Shown here piece by piece: positions 10,291 to 20,400 of a stretch of 64,000 nt of DNA. This stretch comes from Candidatus Kapaibacterium sp. GTDB lineage: Bacteria > Bacteroidota > Ignavibacteria > Kapaibacteriales > UBA2268. The notes below the pieces were generated by a model. That model was not told the origin of the DNA. It saw nothing but the letters and a program-made list of their open reading frames with translations, and searched no databases. The stretch's first letter is position 1; each line of letters starts with the position of its first letter. A program made the translations under genes and the position numbers. Location of the stretch: positions 640,001 through 704,000 of the forward strand of contig OY761611.1 in assembly GCA_963664875.1 (NCBI GenBank), written 5' to 3'.

Positions 10291-10365
10291 AAGTAAATAT
10301 AATACTCATACAAAAATATATAAATACTTTGTTCTTTACTAATACAAAATCTTCTAAAGAACTAT

Positions 10366-12105
10366 ATGCTAAACAAAAATCAAATACTATATTTATTGAC
10401 TTTTATTTGCCTGACTATACTTGTAAATAGTTGTGCAAGCGTTGATACTTGTACTGAAGAACGAAAAAACGGGAACCTTGGTTCACTATTTAACTCAGTT
10501 GATGACGAATTCTCCCCTTTTATTATTGAGGATATCATGTATTTCACTTCTCAGTCTAAAACCGAACAAGGAAAAGAAGAAGAAATACTCAAGATTGATT
10601 TGACAAAAAACTTTAAACCACAGGTAGTAAACGACTTACCACTAAAAGAATTTGAGATAGCTGGTTTGCCTTCGTTTTTCAAAAACAAAGACGGAAATCT
10701 CGAAATATTTTTTGCTGCTATGAACACTAATGCTGAAAGAATTAACTCGGATATATATCACTCAGTTTTGAAAAATGGAATCTGGAGCAAACCTGAAAGA
10801 CTTAGTATCAATACTTTGAATTATGAGTCGCATCCACATATTTCAAAAGATGGAAAAACATTGCTATTTACATCAGATCGGCCCGGCGGTATAGGCGGTC
10901 TTGACATTTATGCTGCCGTTAAAAGCGGAGACGATTTCGTTGAAGTTCAAAACTTAGGTGATATTATTAATTCAGATAAAGACGAAAAGTCTCCTTATCT
11001 TGATGAAAACGACAACTTACTTTTCGCAAGCAACGGCCATGGAGCTAAGAGTTATGATATATTCAAAGCAATATACGACAACGAAGGCAATATTGATTTA
11101 AGACCTCTCCCAAGTCCTATAAACACAGAATACAATGAACTCGGTCCGGCTATCTATAAAGAAGAAATATTTCTTACTTCAGACAGACTCGGCGGCTGTG
11201 GCGGTAAAGATATCTATGCTTTTGAATTGTGTGGTCCTGTATTTATGGAAGGTACAGTTTATTGCGAAGACGATAATATTCCAATAGCAGGACAGATATC
11301 CATTACAAATATCAATACAAAAGAAAAAAGAACTTTGGAAATTGATGATGACGGCAAAATATTTTTCAAAGCAAAATCAAATATTCCCTATTTATTGGAA
11401 TACAAAAATGCCTGTAACCCAAATTTGATGATTAAACAATACATTCCGGCACAATGCAATGAAGACAAGACAACTAAAGTGCAGCTAAACTTTAAAATCA
11501 ATCCTGAGATGCAATATTTTACTTTTGAAGAGTATGATATTCCATTCTTTGTTACTGGCTACTACAAACCAAATACCGGTGAAAACCTTAGCACATTAAA
11601 GATGAAGTTTGCGTATAATTTATTGGGAAATGACGATTCTACGAGATATATAGAGAACCCTGAAAGCAAGTATGATAAATATACACTTTTAGTAGAAAAA
11701 GCTCTTGATGAGGCTGTATTGTATGTAAAAGAGAGTTTAAATAATCTTGACTCAAAATGTAAAACAGAGAATAGAAAGTTAGAGATTAGAGTAGAAGGTT
11801 TTGCAGATCCTCGCCCATTTACAAACAAAGCTGTCTATGCTGACGTTCCGATAACATCTGCCGAATTAGGGATAAACGCATTTCCGGGCAATAAAATGGA
11901 CAATAAACTGCTTTCTTATCTTAGGGCTTATTTCACAGCAAAATACATAAATGATATGCTTGACAGGCAAAATGTAGATACTTCTAAACTTATTTGGCAA
12001 ATCGAAGGCAAAGGTGTTGATAAATCAAATGTGGACGATAAGCTGAAAAGAAGAGTAAATATTTCGATAAAGCCTATCAATTCAGATATCAGCATTTCAA
12101 AATAA
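10366..12105 (+). CDS. Lipoprotein with PD40 (TolB-like) repeats and C-terminal OmpA-like domain (PorE-like)
   Basis: Lipobox LVNSC; FTSDRPGGIGGLDIY and LTSDRLGGCGGKDIY repeats; GFADPRP..NKLLSYLRA..RRVNI OmpA-like motif. Confidence 0.75.
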   Translation: MLNKNQILYLLTFICLTILVNSCASVDTCTEERKNGNLGSLFNSVDDEFSPFIIEDIMYFTSQSKTEQGKEEEILKIDLTKNFKPQVVNDLPLKEFEIAGLPSFFKNKDGNLEIFFAAMNTNAERINSDIYHSVLKNGIWSKPERLSINTLNYESHPHISKDGKTLLFTSDRPGGIGGLDIYAAVKSGDDFVEVQNLGDIINSDKDEKSPYLDENDNLLFASNGHGAKSYDIFKAIYDNEGNIDLRPLPSPINTEYNELGPAIYKEEIFLTSDRLGGCGGKDIYAFELCGPVFMEGTVYCEDDNIPIAGQISITNINTKEKRTLEIDDDGKIFFKAKSNIPYLLEYKNACNPNLMIKQYIPAQCNEDKTTKVQLNFKINPEMQYFTFEEYDIPFFVTGYYKPNTGENLSTLKMKFAYNLLGNDDSTRYIENPESKYDKYTLLVEKALDEAVLYVKESLNNLDSKCKTENRKLEIRVEGFADPRPFTNKAVYADVPITSAELGINAFPGNKMDNKLLSYLRAYFTAKYINDMLDRQNVDTSKLIWQIEGKGVDKSNVDDKLKRRVNISIKPINSDISISK

Positions 12106-12108
12106 TAC

Positions 12109-12156
12109 AAATTGAGCCGAGATTTGCACACATAAGGCATAATCTCGGCTCAATTT
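12109..12156. terminator. Bidirectional intrinsic terminator between convergent genes
   Basis: Perfect 16-bp inverted repeat AAATTGAGCCGAGATT / AATCTCGGCTCAATTT. Confidence 0.75.
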
Positions 12157-12197
12157 TATAAATTATATTAGATTCAAAACTTCGAATCAGAATAAAA

Positions 12198-14657
12198 CTA
12201 TTTCCCAAGTGCTTTCAAAACAGAATTGTAAACTTTATCCTTGAGCTTGTCATAGTCCAAATTAGCAGGATAAATCGGATCGAGAAATTTTACATTTATC
12301 TTCTTGAATGGTCTTGGAATTTTAGCACCTTTAGGCATTGCCTTATAGGCACCATCGATTGCAACAGGTATTACCGGAACTCCAAGCTCAGCACTTAATA
12401 TTGCAAATGTTTTTTTGAAATTCCCTAATTCACCGTCTCGAGAACGTGTCCCTTCAGGGAAAATAATTAAGTTTTTGCCTTTTTTAAGTACTTCAGCCAT
12501 TTTTTGTAAAGATTGTTTCAAATCTTTGTTTATATCAACGACTATCACATTATTTGTATTTGCAAGAAAACGATTTATTACGTTGTTTACATGCTTCTTT
12601 TTGGCGTAAAAGTATGTTTTTTTGAAATGCTTTTGTTTTAAAAACATGCTTACAAATAGACCATCAAAATAGCTTTGATGATTAGGAGCAAGTATGAAAG
12701 GTGTATCCGGAAGCTTTTCGTTCCCTTCGGCTTTAACTCTGAAATACAAAGAAAAGAACATTCTGCCTACATACTTAAAAAGACTATGAGTAAACCAGCT
12801 TTTAGGAAGTTTCAAATCAACTTTTTCTCTTAGTATTTCACTCCACTTAACACTATCTATCTCAATTTTCTGCTTTTTATCTGCGACAAACTTTGCAAGA
12901 TTTTCCACAGTAGGATGTTCAACAAAAGTGTCAGGAGTAATGTCTAAGCCAAATGTAGTATTTATGAATACCTGCAAACTAACAATATCAAGTGAATCTA
13001 AGCCTAAATCAAGTTCGATATGGTCAGTAGGATATACACTTGTATTTTTTTCACTGGCGATGAAATTACGTAAAAGTTCATATTCTTTGAAATTTGGCTC
13101 TTTGATTTCCGCTTTTTGAGCATTACTTTTTTTATCAGCAAGTTTGGCAAGCTCGTAACGTTTAATTTTCCCAAGTCGTGTTTTGGGCAACTCTTCGCTA
13201 ATACAATGAATTTTTTTGATTCTTTTATATGGAGCAACTTTTGAATTATATTTTTCGATGATTCCATGTAACAAAAATTCTTCAATATTTACGACGCCTT
13301 CCTCTTTGAGCTCTTTAAAATCGGGGCATATTATAGCTTTCAGGATATTGTCTTCCATATAAACGCCAATATCAGCAATCTGACGAGACATTTCTAATAT
13401 CTTGAATTCTATTTCTACAGGATTGATATTTTTTCCTGCCTCGGTTACTATAATTTCTTTTTTTCTACCTGTGATAAAAAGATTGCCATCTTTATCTAAA
13501 TGACCTAAATCACCGGTATAGAGCCATCCGTCTTTCAGAATTTCTGCGGTTTCTTCAGGCCTTTTATAATACCCCTTCATTACCTGAGGTCCTTTGCAGA
13601 TTACCTCTCCGTCAACTATTTTTATTTCAGTATTGGGCATAGCCGAACCTGAAGCGTTTATCACGGCTTTTCCGGGACGTGGAAAGGTTATCATCGGAGC
13701 CGCCTCAGTCATTCCGAAGCCTACAAGCAATTCGAACCCTAAGGTTCTATAGTCTTTTGATACTTCTTCGTCGATAGCCGCACCACCGCACACCATAAAG
13801 CGCATAGAATGACCAATTTTATCATGCACTTTCTTGAATAGTTTTTTAGAAAGAGTCTTTGAATCAATCATCTCGGCAATTTTGAAGACTGTCTTAGTTA
13901 CAATACTTGCATCAATTTTAGCTTTAATCCCATTGCGTACCATACTATAGAATCGTGGTACGCCTATAATCATGGTTAACTGATTATTCTCTAAAGTTTC
14001 CATCACGTCAGTAGATTTTAAAGAAGGGCTAAAGGTAGCTATTCCACCTACATATAGAGTAGCTATAACAGATCCCAGCAAAGGTAATATATGATGCATA
14101 GGAAGCAAGACTAAAACATTAGAATTGATGTCAAAAATACCTACTTCAGCAACTGCAACTATATTAGCATATAAATTTCTAAAGGTAAGCATCACGCCTT
14201 TGGGGCTTCCCGTGGTTCCCGAAGTGTATATAATTAGAGCAGTTTCTTCCATATCAACATCAGGAAACTCGAAGTTCGACTCTACAGGTTTTAGAGCGTC
14301 AGAATCATCAAAATTTACTATCTGGATATCATAATCTATACTTTCTACTGCTTTCTGTAATATTGCCAGATTAGAATTAGTAGTAAATATAAGGTCGGGT
14401 TTAGCATCATTTAGTACATAAGCAACTTCTTCAGGTTGAGACATAAAGTCTATTGGCACAAATATGTTATCTTCGAACCAAGATGCATACATAGCATATA
14501 CATATTCTAGTCTATTTTCTGAAAATATCGCTATTTTTTTGGATGGTTTATTCCTAACATAAACTCTTAGAGCTTCAATCATTTCGAAAAGCTCTGTATA
14601 GCTTACTTTTGTTTCTTTTAAAACTAATGCAGTTTTGTCATGCCTTTTTAAAAACAC
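12198..14657 (-). CDS. Long-chain acyl-adenylate ligase-ACP-lysophospholipid acyltransferase fusion
   Basis: YTSGTTGSPKG, GFGMTE, TGDLG (AMP-binding); LGLDSLD (phosphopantetheine Ser); NHQSYFD and FPEGTRS (PlsC-type). GTG start. Confidence 0.88.
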   Translation of the reverse strand: MFLKRHDKTALVLKETKVSYTELFEMIEALRVYVRNKPSKKIAIFSENRLEYVYAMYASWFEDNIFVPIDFMSQPEEVAYVLNDAKPDLIFTTNSNLAILQKAVESIDYDIQIVNFDDSDALKPVESNFEFPDVDMEETALIIYTSGTTGSPKGVMLTFRNLYANIVAVAEVGIFDINSNVLVLLPMHHILPLLGSVIATLYVGGIATFSPSLKSTDVMETLENNQLTMIIGVPRFYSMVRNGIKAKIDASIVTKTVFKIAEMIDSKTLSKKLFKKVHDKIGHSMRFMVCGGAAIDEEVSKDYRTLGFELLVGFGMTEAAPMITFPRPGKAVINASGSAMPNTEIKIVDGEVICKGPQVMKGYYKRPEETAEILKDGWLYTGDLGHLDKDGNLFITGRKKEIIVTEAGKNINPVEIEFKILEMSRQIADIGVYMEDNILKAIICPDFKELKEEGVVNIEEFLLHGIIEKYNSKVAPYKRIKKIHCISEELPKTRLGKIKRYELAKLADKKSNAQKAEIKEPNFKEYELLRNFIASEKNTSVYPTDHIELDLGLDSLDIVSLQVFINTTFGLDITPDTFVEHPTVENLAKFVADKKQKIEIDSVKWSEILREKVDLKLPKSWFTHSLFKYVGRMFFSLYFRVKAEGNEKLPDTPFILAPNHQSYFDGLFVSMFLKQKHFKKTYFYAKKKHVNNVINRFLANTNNVIVVDINKDLKQSLQKMAEVLKKGKNLIIFPEGTRSRDGELGNFKKTFAILSAELGVPVIPVAIDGAYKAMPKGAKIPRPFKKINVKFLDPIYPANLDYDKLKDKVYNSVLKALGK

Positions 14658-14750
14658 TACGCAAACTCTATACTGTTAAAAAACATAAGATAAATATTTG
14701 GAACTTTATTTCAAATTTATTGATATTCATAATCCTGTCTATATACTGAC

Positions 14751-15347
14751 TTAAATATGAATATCATCGATAGAAAGACAAATTTTATTTTCCCAAGGAA
14801 TCATTGCATTAAAAAGTGCAATTTTAGAATATCTATCTAATTCATTGATATTTATATCTTTTATAGTTATTACATTTTGTTTAATAAGCTTTTCTCTCAT
14901 TATTCCCTTCAACAAAGGCGAACGAGGAGTAAACCATAATTCGCTATTCAGTAGTGCAATATTACAATAAGAAGTATCTGTTATTTTTTCGTTTTTGACT
15001 ATCAAAATATCATCGGCTTTATCTTTTTGATTGTATAGCACATTTATATTACCTCTATCTGCATATTTGAAATCATATCGAATATCATTATCCACTACAA
15101 CTTTTAGAGACTCTATTTTTTTTATGTTATACTTTTCTATCTGCGTATATAGACTATTGAAACCATAAACTATTCTATATTTGTATATCAATGCTTTATC
15201 TATTTGCTTGAGCTTAATATGCTTGCGAATGTCCGGCTCAATCTGCAATTTATGTCTTAGGATTGTTTGCTCAAATCTAAAGTTGTGATATTTTAAATTT
15301 TGAGCTTCTCCATTTGCAATTCTGATTGTTTCAATAAATTGGCACAT
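14751..15347 (-). CDS. pabC: Aminotransferase class IV / 4-amino-4-deoxychorismate lyase-like
   Basis: FIETI, KYADR, ITDTSYCNI, PLLKGIMR, FNAMI; overlaps the end of pabB. Confidence 0.75.
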   Translation of the reverse strand: MCQFIETIRIANGEAQNLKYHNFRFEQTILRHKLQIEPDIRKHIKLKQIDKALIYKYRIVYGFNSLYTQIEKYNIKKIESLKVVVDNDIRYDFKYADRGNINVLYNQKDKADDILIVKNEKITDTSYCNIALLNSELWFTPRSPLLKGIMREKLIKQNVITIKDININELDRYSKIALFNAMIPWENKICLSIDDIHI

Positions 15348-16314
15348 ATATCTTATTATTTAATTCTTCGTATTCTTTTTGAGGATCACTATAAATAGTG
15401 ATACCGCCACCACTTTTGTAAAAATATCGTCCGTTTCTCTCCTCTATATACCTAATAAGAACACAACTGTCCATCTTTTGACCATCGAAATAACCGGCAA
15501 TCCCTGTGTAGAAACTTCTTGAATGTTTTTCTGATTTTTCAATTATCTCCAAGGTTTTCTTTTTTGGGGCTCCGGTAACAGAACCTGCGGGCAACATACT
15601 GAATATAATATCACCGATATAGTTCGAATATTCAGCTTCCAAATCCCCTGTTATTTCAGAACTTATCTGTATAAGCTTCTTATTTGAAGTCTGCAATATA
15701 TCATTATATCTATATTTAGAAACTTTTACATTTTTTGCAACTATACCAAGATCATTCCGCAACAAGTCAACGATAGTGTTGTGTTCTGCTGTTTCCTTTT
15801 TATCCTTTAATATTACACCCAGGGCATTTTCAATGTCTGCATCTATAGTTCCTTTCATTGGGTAAGTATAAATTTTAGAATTCTCTATCTTTACAAATGT
15901 CTCCGGAGAAAAGCAAACAAACCGGTTAGGAAAATAGAGTTTATACTTTGCTTTAGCAGATAAAAACACATCTAATAATGTTCCTTCTAATTCTATCTCA
16001 GTTTCCGAAGTCAGATTGCATAGATAAGAATTGCCATAGAGCAAATTTTCACGAACTATATCAAACGAATTTTTGTAATCTACATAATCCACAAATTTGC
16101 AGTCCTTTATAAATGCAGTTTTGGGGTCATGAGAGTTATTTGAATAATTGGATACACCATCAAAATCATATAACACTTCAGAGCTTTTTACTTCAGAAAG
16201 AGGTAAAATAATATTAGATTGCATATCGTAGGAGATAATAAAAAGGAATGCTTCCTTTTTAGCACCTAATTCGTTAAGTTTTGATATTGAAGCATCTTTA
16301 GAGAAGTATATCAT
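15331..16314 (-). CDS. pabB: Aminodeoxychorismate synthase component I (short type)
   Basis: GNSYLCNLT, FSPETF, PMKGT, KETAEHNTIVDLLRNDL, PAGSVTGAPK, SGGGIT. Confidence 0.9.
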   Translation of the reverse strand: MIYFSKDASISKLNELGAKKEAFLFIISYDMQSNIILPLSEVKSSEVLYDFDGVSNYSNNSHDPKTAFIKDCKFVDYVDYKNSFDIVRENLLYGNSYLCNLTSETEIELEGTLLDVFLSAKAKYKLYFPNRFVCFSPETFVKIENSKIYTYPMKGTIDADIENALGVILKDKKETAEHNTIVDLLRNDLGIVAKNVKVSKYRYNDILQTSNKKLIQISSEITGDLEAEYSNYIGDIIFSMLPAGSVTGAPKKKTLEIIEKSEKHSRSFYTGIAGYFDGQKMDSCVLIRYIEERNGRYFYKSGGGITIYSDPQKEYEELNNKIYVPIY

Positions 16315-16315
16315 A

Positions 16316-16894
16316 TTGACAGCAAATCCTAAAATAATACTTATAGATAATGAAGACTCATTTACGTATAATATAGTACAAGTGATACAATCTATTGGCT
16401 ATTCTGTATATGTTATGTCATATACTAATATAGATTTGGAAAGAATAAACGTATATAACAATATCATCATCTCTCCCGGTCCTGATGTACCATCAGCATA
16501 CCCAAATATATTCAAGCTTTTGGACAGATACAAAATAAATAAAAAAATATTGGGAATTTGTCTTGGCTGTCAAGCGATTGGTGAATATTTTGGTGCTCAA
16601 CTCAAACAAATGAGTTATCCGATGCATGGCATCAAATCTTTGATTTCCGTCGATACGGATGATATATTATATAAAAATATCGGAGAAAGTATTGAAGTAG
16701 GGAGATATCACTCATGGATAATAGATAATTCTACCCTCCCATTAGAGCTACAACAAACAGCTATAGATACTGAAAATAGTATTATGTCTATTTCGCATAA
16801 TTCATATCACATCAAGGGAGTACAATACCATCCTGAATCAATCATGACTCCTCGTGGTGCTGATATTTTGCAAAATTGGATTGAATCAGATTAG
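16316..16894 (+). CDS. pabA: Glutamine amidotransferase component II (PabA/TrpG)
   Basis: IDNEDSFTYN, ISPGP, GICLGCQ, RYHSW, QYHPES. TTG start, exact position uncertain. Confidence 0.88.
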   Translation: MTANPKIILIDNEDSFTYNIVQVIQSIGYSVYVMSYTNIDLERINVYNNIIISPGPDVPSAYPNIFKLLDRYKINKKILGICLGCQAIGEYFGAQLKQMSYPMHGIKSLISVDTDDILYKNIGESIEVGRYHSWIIDNSTLPLELQQTAIDTENSIMSISHNSYHIKGVQYHPESIMTPRGADILQNWIESD

Positions 16895-17389
16895 ATATTT
16901 TTTAAACCAAAGCATATCTTCTCCATCATATCTCGTATGGTATTCCATTCTGACAGGTTTGTAACCTCTTTTAATTGCAGTGATTAGCATTGGTTGATTG
17001 TCACAAAAAACTCCAAATCGAATTGCTTTAAATCCGCAATCAATAGCATCTTGCTCAGTAAAATCTAACAACCTACTTCCGACTTTATTATGCCGGTACT
17101 TTTTATCGACAACCAAAGCAATAATTTCGTAGTTAAATTCTCTATTTTTCTGAACTGCAGCAACTGCTATAATATGATCATCGTGCCATACCAAATGGTA
17201 TTCAATATGTTTTGAAACAATTGACGAAAGCCATTCATGCACTTGTTCTTCACTAAAATGAATACCTGAAAAGCTAAGATATTTGATATTTTCTGGGTCA
17301 TTAAGCAGTTTTAGATACCCTGACTTAAATTCCTCTATCAAATCCAGTGTAGATTCTTTGTCAAATTTTGATATAGTGATGTTGTTCAT
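16886..17389 (-). CDS. GNAT family N-acetyltransferase
   Basis: LVVDKKYRHNKVGSRLL acetyl-CoA motif A; N...KRGY motif B. Confidence 0.85.
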   Translation of the reverse strand: MNNITISKFDKESTLDLIEEFKSGYLKLLNDPENIKYLSFSGIHFSEEQVHEWLSSIVSKHIEYHLVWHDDHIIAVAAVQKNREFNYEIIALVVDKKYRHNKVGSRLLDFTEQDAIDCGFKAIRFGVFCDNQPMLITAIKRGYKPVRMEYHTRYDGEDMLWFKKYLI

Positions 17390-17401
17390 AAATTATCAAA
17401 A

Positions 17402-17431
17402 AAGGAGTTTATAATACTATACAAACTCCTT
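17402..17431 (-). terminator. Intrinsic terminator after chemoreceptor gene
   Basis: AAGGAGTTT...AAACTCCTT stem followed by a T-run on the minus strand. Confidence 0.55.
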
Positions 17432-17457
17432 ATAAGAGATTTTAGTGCCGAAAAAAA

Positions 17458-20400
17458 CTATTGTGGTAGTCTCTTATATTGAGTATAACCTTGTTGATTA
17501 TAATCATTGGAAATCTTAACACTTGACTCTACCTTAAACTTAGAAATAAGAATGTTTAGCTCATTAGATAATTCACTTACGATTTTGGTAGCATTAACAA
17601 TATCTTCTATTTGAGCTGCACTATCAGCAGTTACTCGCGAAATTTCAGTCATGTTTTTAGCTACTTCTTCAGCAGTTGCTGATTGTTCTTCGTTAGATGA
17701 AGCAATTGCATTTACCATGTCTAAAACCTCTTTGGAGCTGATCACAATTTCGTTTAGAGCAGATCCTGCCTTATCCGCCAGTTCTATACCGTTTTGAACT
17801 TCTTTTGTGCCTATATTCATAGCATCAACAGCATTTTTAGTTTCATTTTGGATGCCACTTATCATTCCGGCAATCTCCTTTGTAGCTTCTGTTGTCCTTT
17901 CAGCAAGTTTTCGTACTTCATCGGCGACAACTGCAAAACCTCTACCTTGTTCTCCTGCTCTTGCTGCTTCTATAGCAGCATTGAGGGCTAATAGATTTGT
18001 CTGGTCAGCAATATCATCAATAACAGAAATGATTTCACCAATTTTTTGCCCTGATTCACCTAATTTGATAATATTATCTGCAGATTGTTTAACGACTTTA
18101 GCAATGTCTTGCATTTTCTTAACAGTATCTTTCACAATCAACCCTCCACCTTCAGCAATCTGTTGATTTTTTAAAGCAACATGTGATGTTTTGGCAGCGT
18201 TTGTAGCGTTATCTGTAACTGTTCTCGACATTTCTTCTATAGCAGCCGCAACTTCTTCTGCTTGGTGTGATTGTTCCTGAGAGGCAGCAGCCATAGATTC
18301 CATTGTTGATAAATTTTGATTTGAAGCAGACGATACCTGATGAACTGTTTCTGATACTTGGCTTATTAGTTCGCCTAAAGTGGAGACTACAGTGTTTAAA
18401 GTATCTTGAGTACTTTATGTTCGCCATCGTATTCACCCAACATCATTTTTCTCAAATCACCCTGCGACATTAGTTTAAGAATCTCTCCGGCGTTATCCAA
18501 AACGTCAGCTTGTGCAATAGCTAAACGATCGGCTTCACCTTTAGATTCAGAAACAATATCTAATGTTCTATGGACGCCTTGTATCACTTTTTTGAAATCA
18601 CCATAATGAAGATCTTCATTAGCTCGTGTTTCTAATTGATTGTGGAAAGCAGCCTCAGCAAGCATATTAGCATCGTTGACTAATTGTTCAATAGCTGTAA
18701 TACAGCGATTTAAGTTTTCTTTAAGATGATTAAAATCGCCTTCCCATTTTTCTGTAATCATATCAGGTAAATTACCTTCACTAATGTCAGTTACATATTG
18801 TGCAGCCAAAGTAAGGGGAGTCACAATATTATCTAAAGTTTGATTTACACCAATGACAACATTTCTAAACTCACCTGTATGTTTATTTATGTCCGCTCTT
18901 GTACTTAGTGTGCCTTTATGAGCTGCAGAAGCTAACATTTTGACATCATCAACTAATGCCATCAAGTTTTCTCTGATCTTATTCATAGCATTAGTCAAGA
19001 TAATTTGTTTCCCTGGTAGTTTTCTCATTGATTTGCTTAGATTACCATCGGCATACATATCTATAATCTCTATTGCTTCTACAACAGGTTCAGCGATAGA
19101 ATCTAAAGCCTTATTTACTCCTGACATAATTTCAAGATAAAGACCTTCCATGCCGGTGATGTCACATCTTGAAGTGATTTCGCCATTTTTCTGTTCTTCA
19201 ATTGTATGTAGAAGATTTTTGTTCATTGTGCTAAAAACCTCGATTAGGCTATTCAAATTGATAATTAGTTTAGAAAAATCTCCTTCAAAATTATTCTCAA
19301 TTCTTGGAGGCAGAGTACCTTTAGATAAACTATCAATACTAATCAGAGCAACATTTAAAGGATTTGCAAATGCTTCGATAGTGCTGTTGATGCCAAGTGT
19401 AATTTTGTTCCAATTGCCCGGATACTTATTAGTATCTATGTTGGTTGATGTATCTCCTGACACTGCATTTGCCGCTGCATTAGCAAGATCTTTATTAAGT
19501 TCATCAAGAAAACTCTTAAGAGTATTCATACCGGTATAAGCAATAGCATAAGCACCTTTGGCATCAGGTTTTGTCATGGTCGAAGTCTCTTGACCTTGAG
19601 CTACTTTATTTAGAAATTCTGTTGCATCTTTTAAAGGTTCGGACATCTTATCTAAAGTGGTATTGACACCATGTACAATCGATCTAAATTCGCCATGATG
19701 GAAAGTCTCGTCTGCTCTAACATCTAATATTCCGTGTGCAGCAGCTTCGTTTAGTTTGTTTGAATCTGAAACTAACAAACCAATGGCATCTATACAAGTA
19801 TTGAGATTGTTTTTTAGTTCGTTGAAATCGCCTTTGTATTCATCAACAATTTTAGGAGGCAAATCTCCTTTAGAAATTCTATCTACATATTCGGCAGCTA
19901 CATTAAGAGGTAAAATGAGATTATTTAATGTCTCATTAAATCCTTCCGCTACTTTGACAAAATCACCTTTATGTTTGGAAACATCTATTCTTTTATCAAG
20001 TTTACCATCAGTAGCAGCCTGAGACATTTCCACAACATCACCGATAAGTTCATTCAAAGGATTAACTATGTTATCCAAAGTTGCATTGATACCCAGCAAT
20101 AGTGTCCTAAATTCTCCCTGTTGCATATCTGCATCTGCACGTTTGCTAAAATCATAATTTGCAGCAGCAGATGACATTGTTTTAGTGTCAGAGACTAATC
20201 TGTTAACGGTATCAATGAGGTGATTCAAATTGTTTTTGATCTCATTAAAATCGCCTTTATAATCTTCAGTTACTTTAGGCGGGATATCCCCTTTCGAGAC
20301 TCTGTCAACATATTCAGCCACGACATTAAGAGGCTGAACAAAAGCGTTAATCAAGTCATTTATATTTTCGATAATAGATTTGAAATCAATGATGACTGCT

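Noticed and set aside
18394-18400. TTTAAAC slippery-like heptamer at the chemoreceptor frameshift
   Set aside because: It is phased in the destination frame (T TTA AAC); the incoming frame reads CTT TAA, so it does not fit canonical -1 tandem slippage. A missing A a few bases upstream explains the break more simply.
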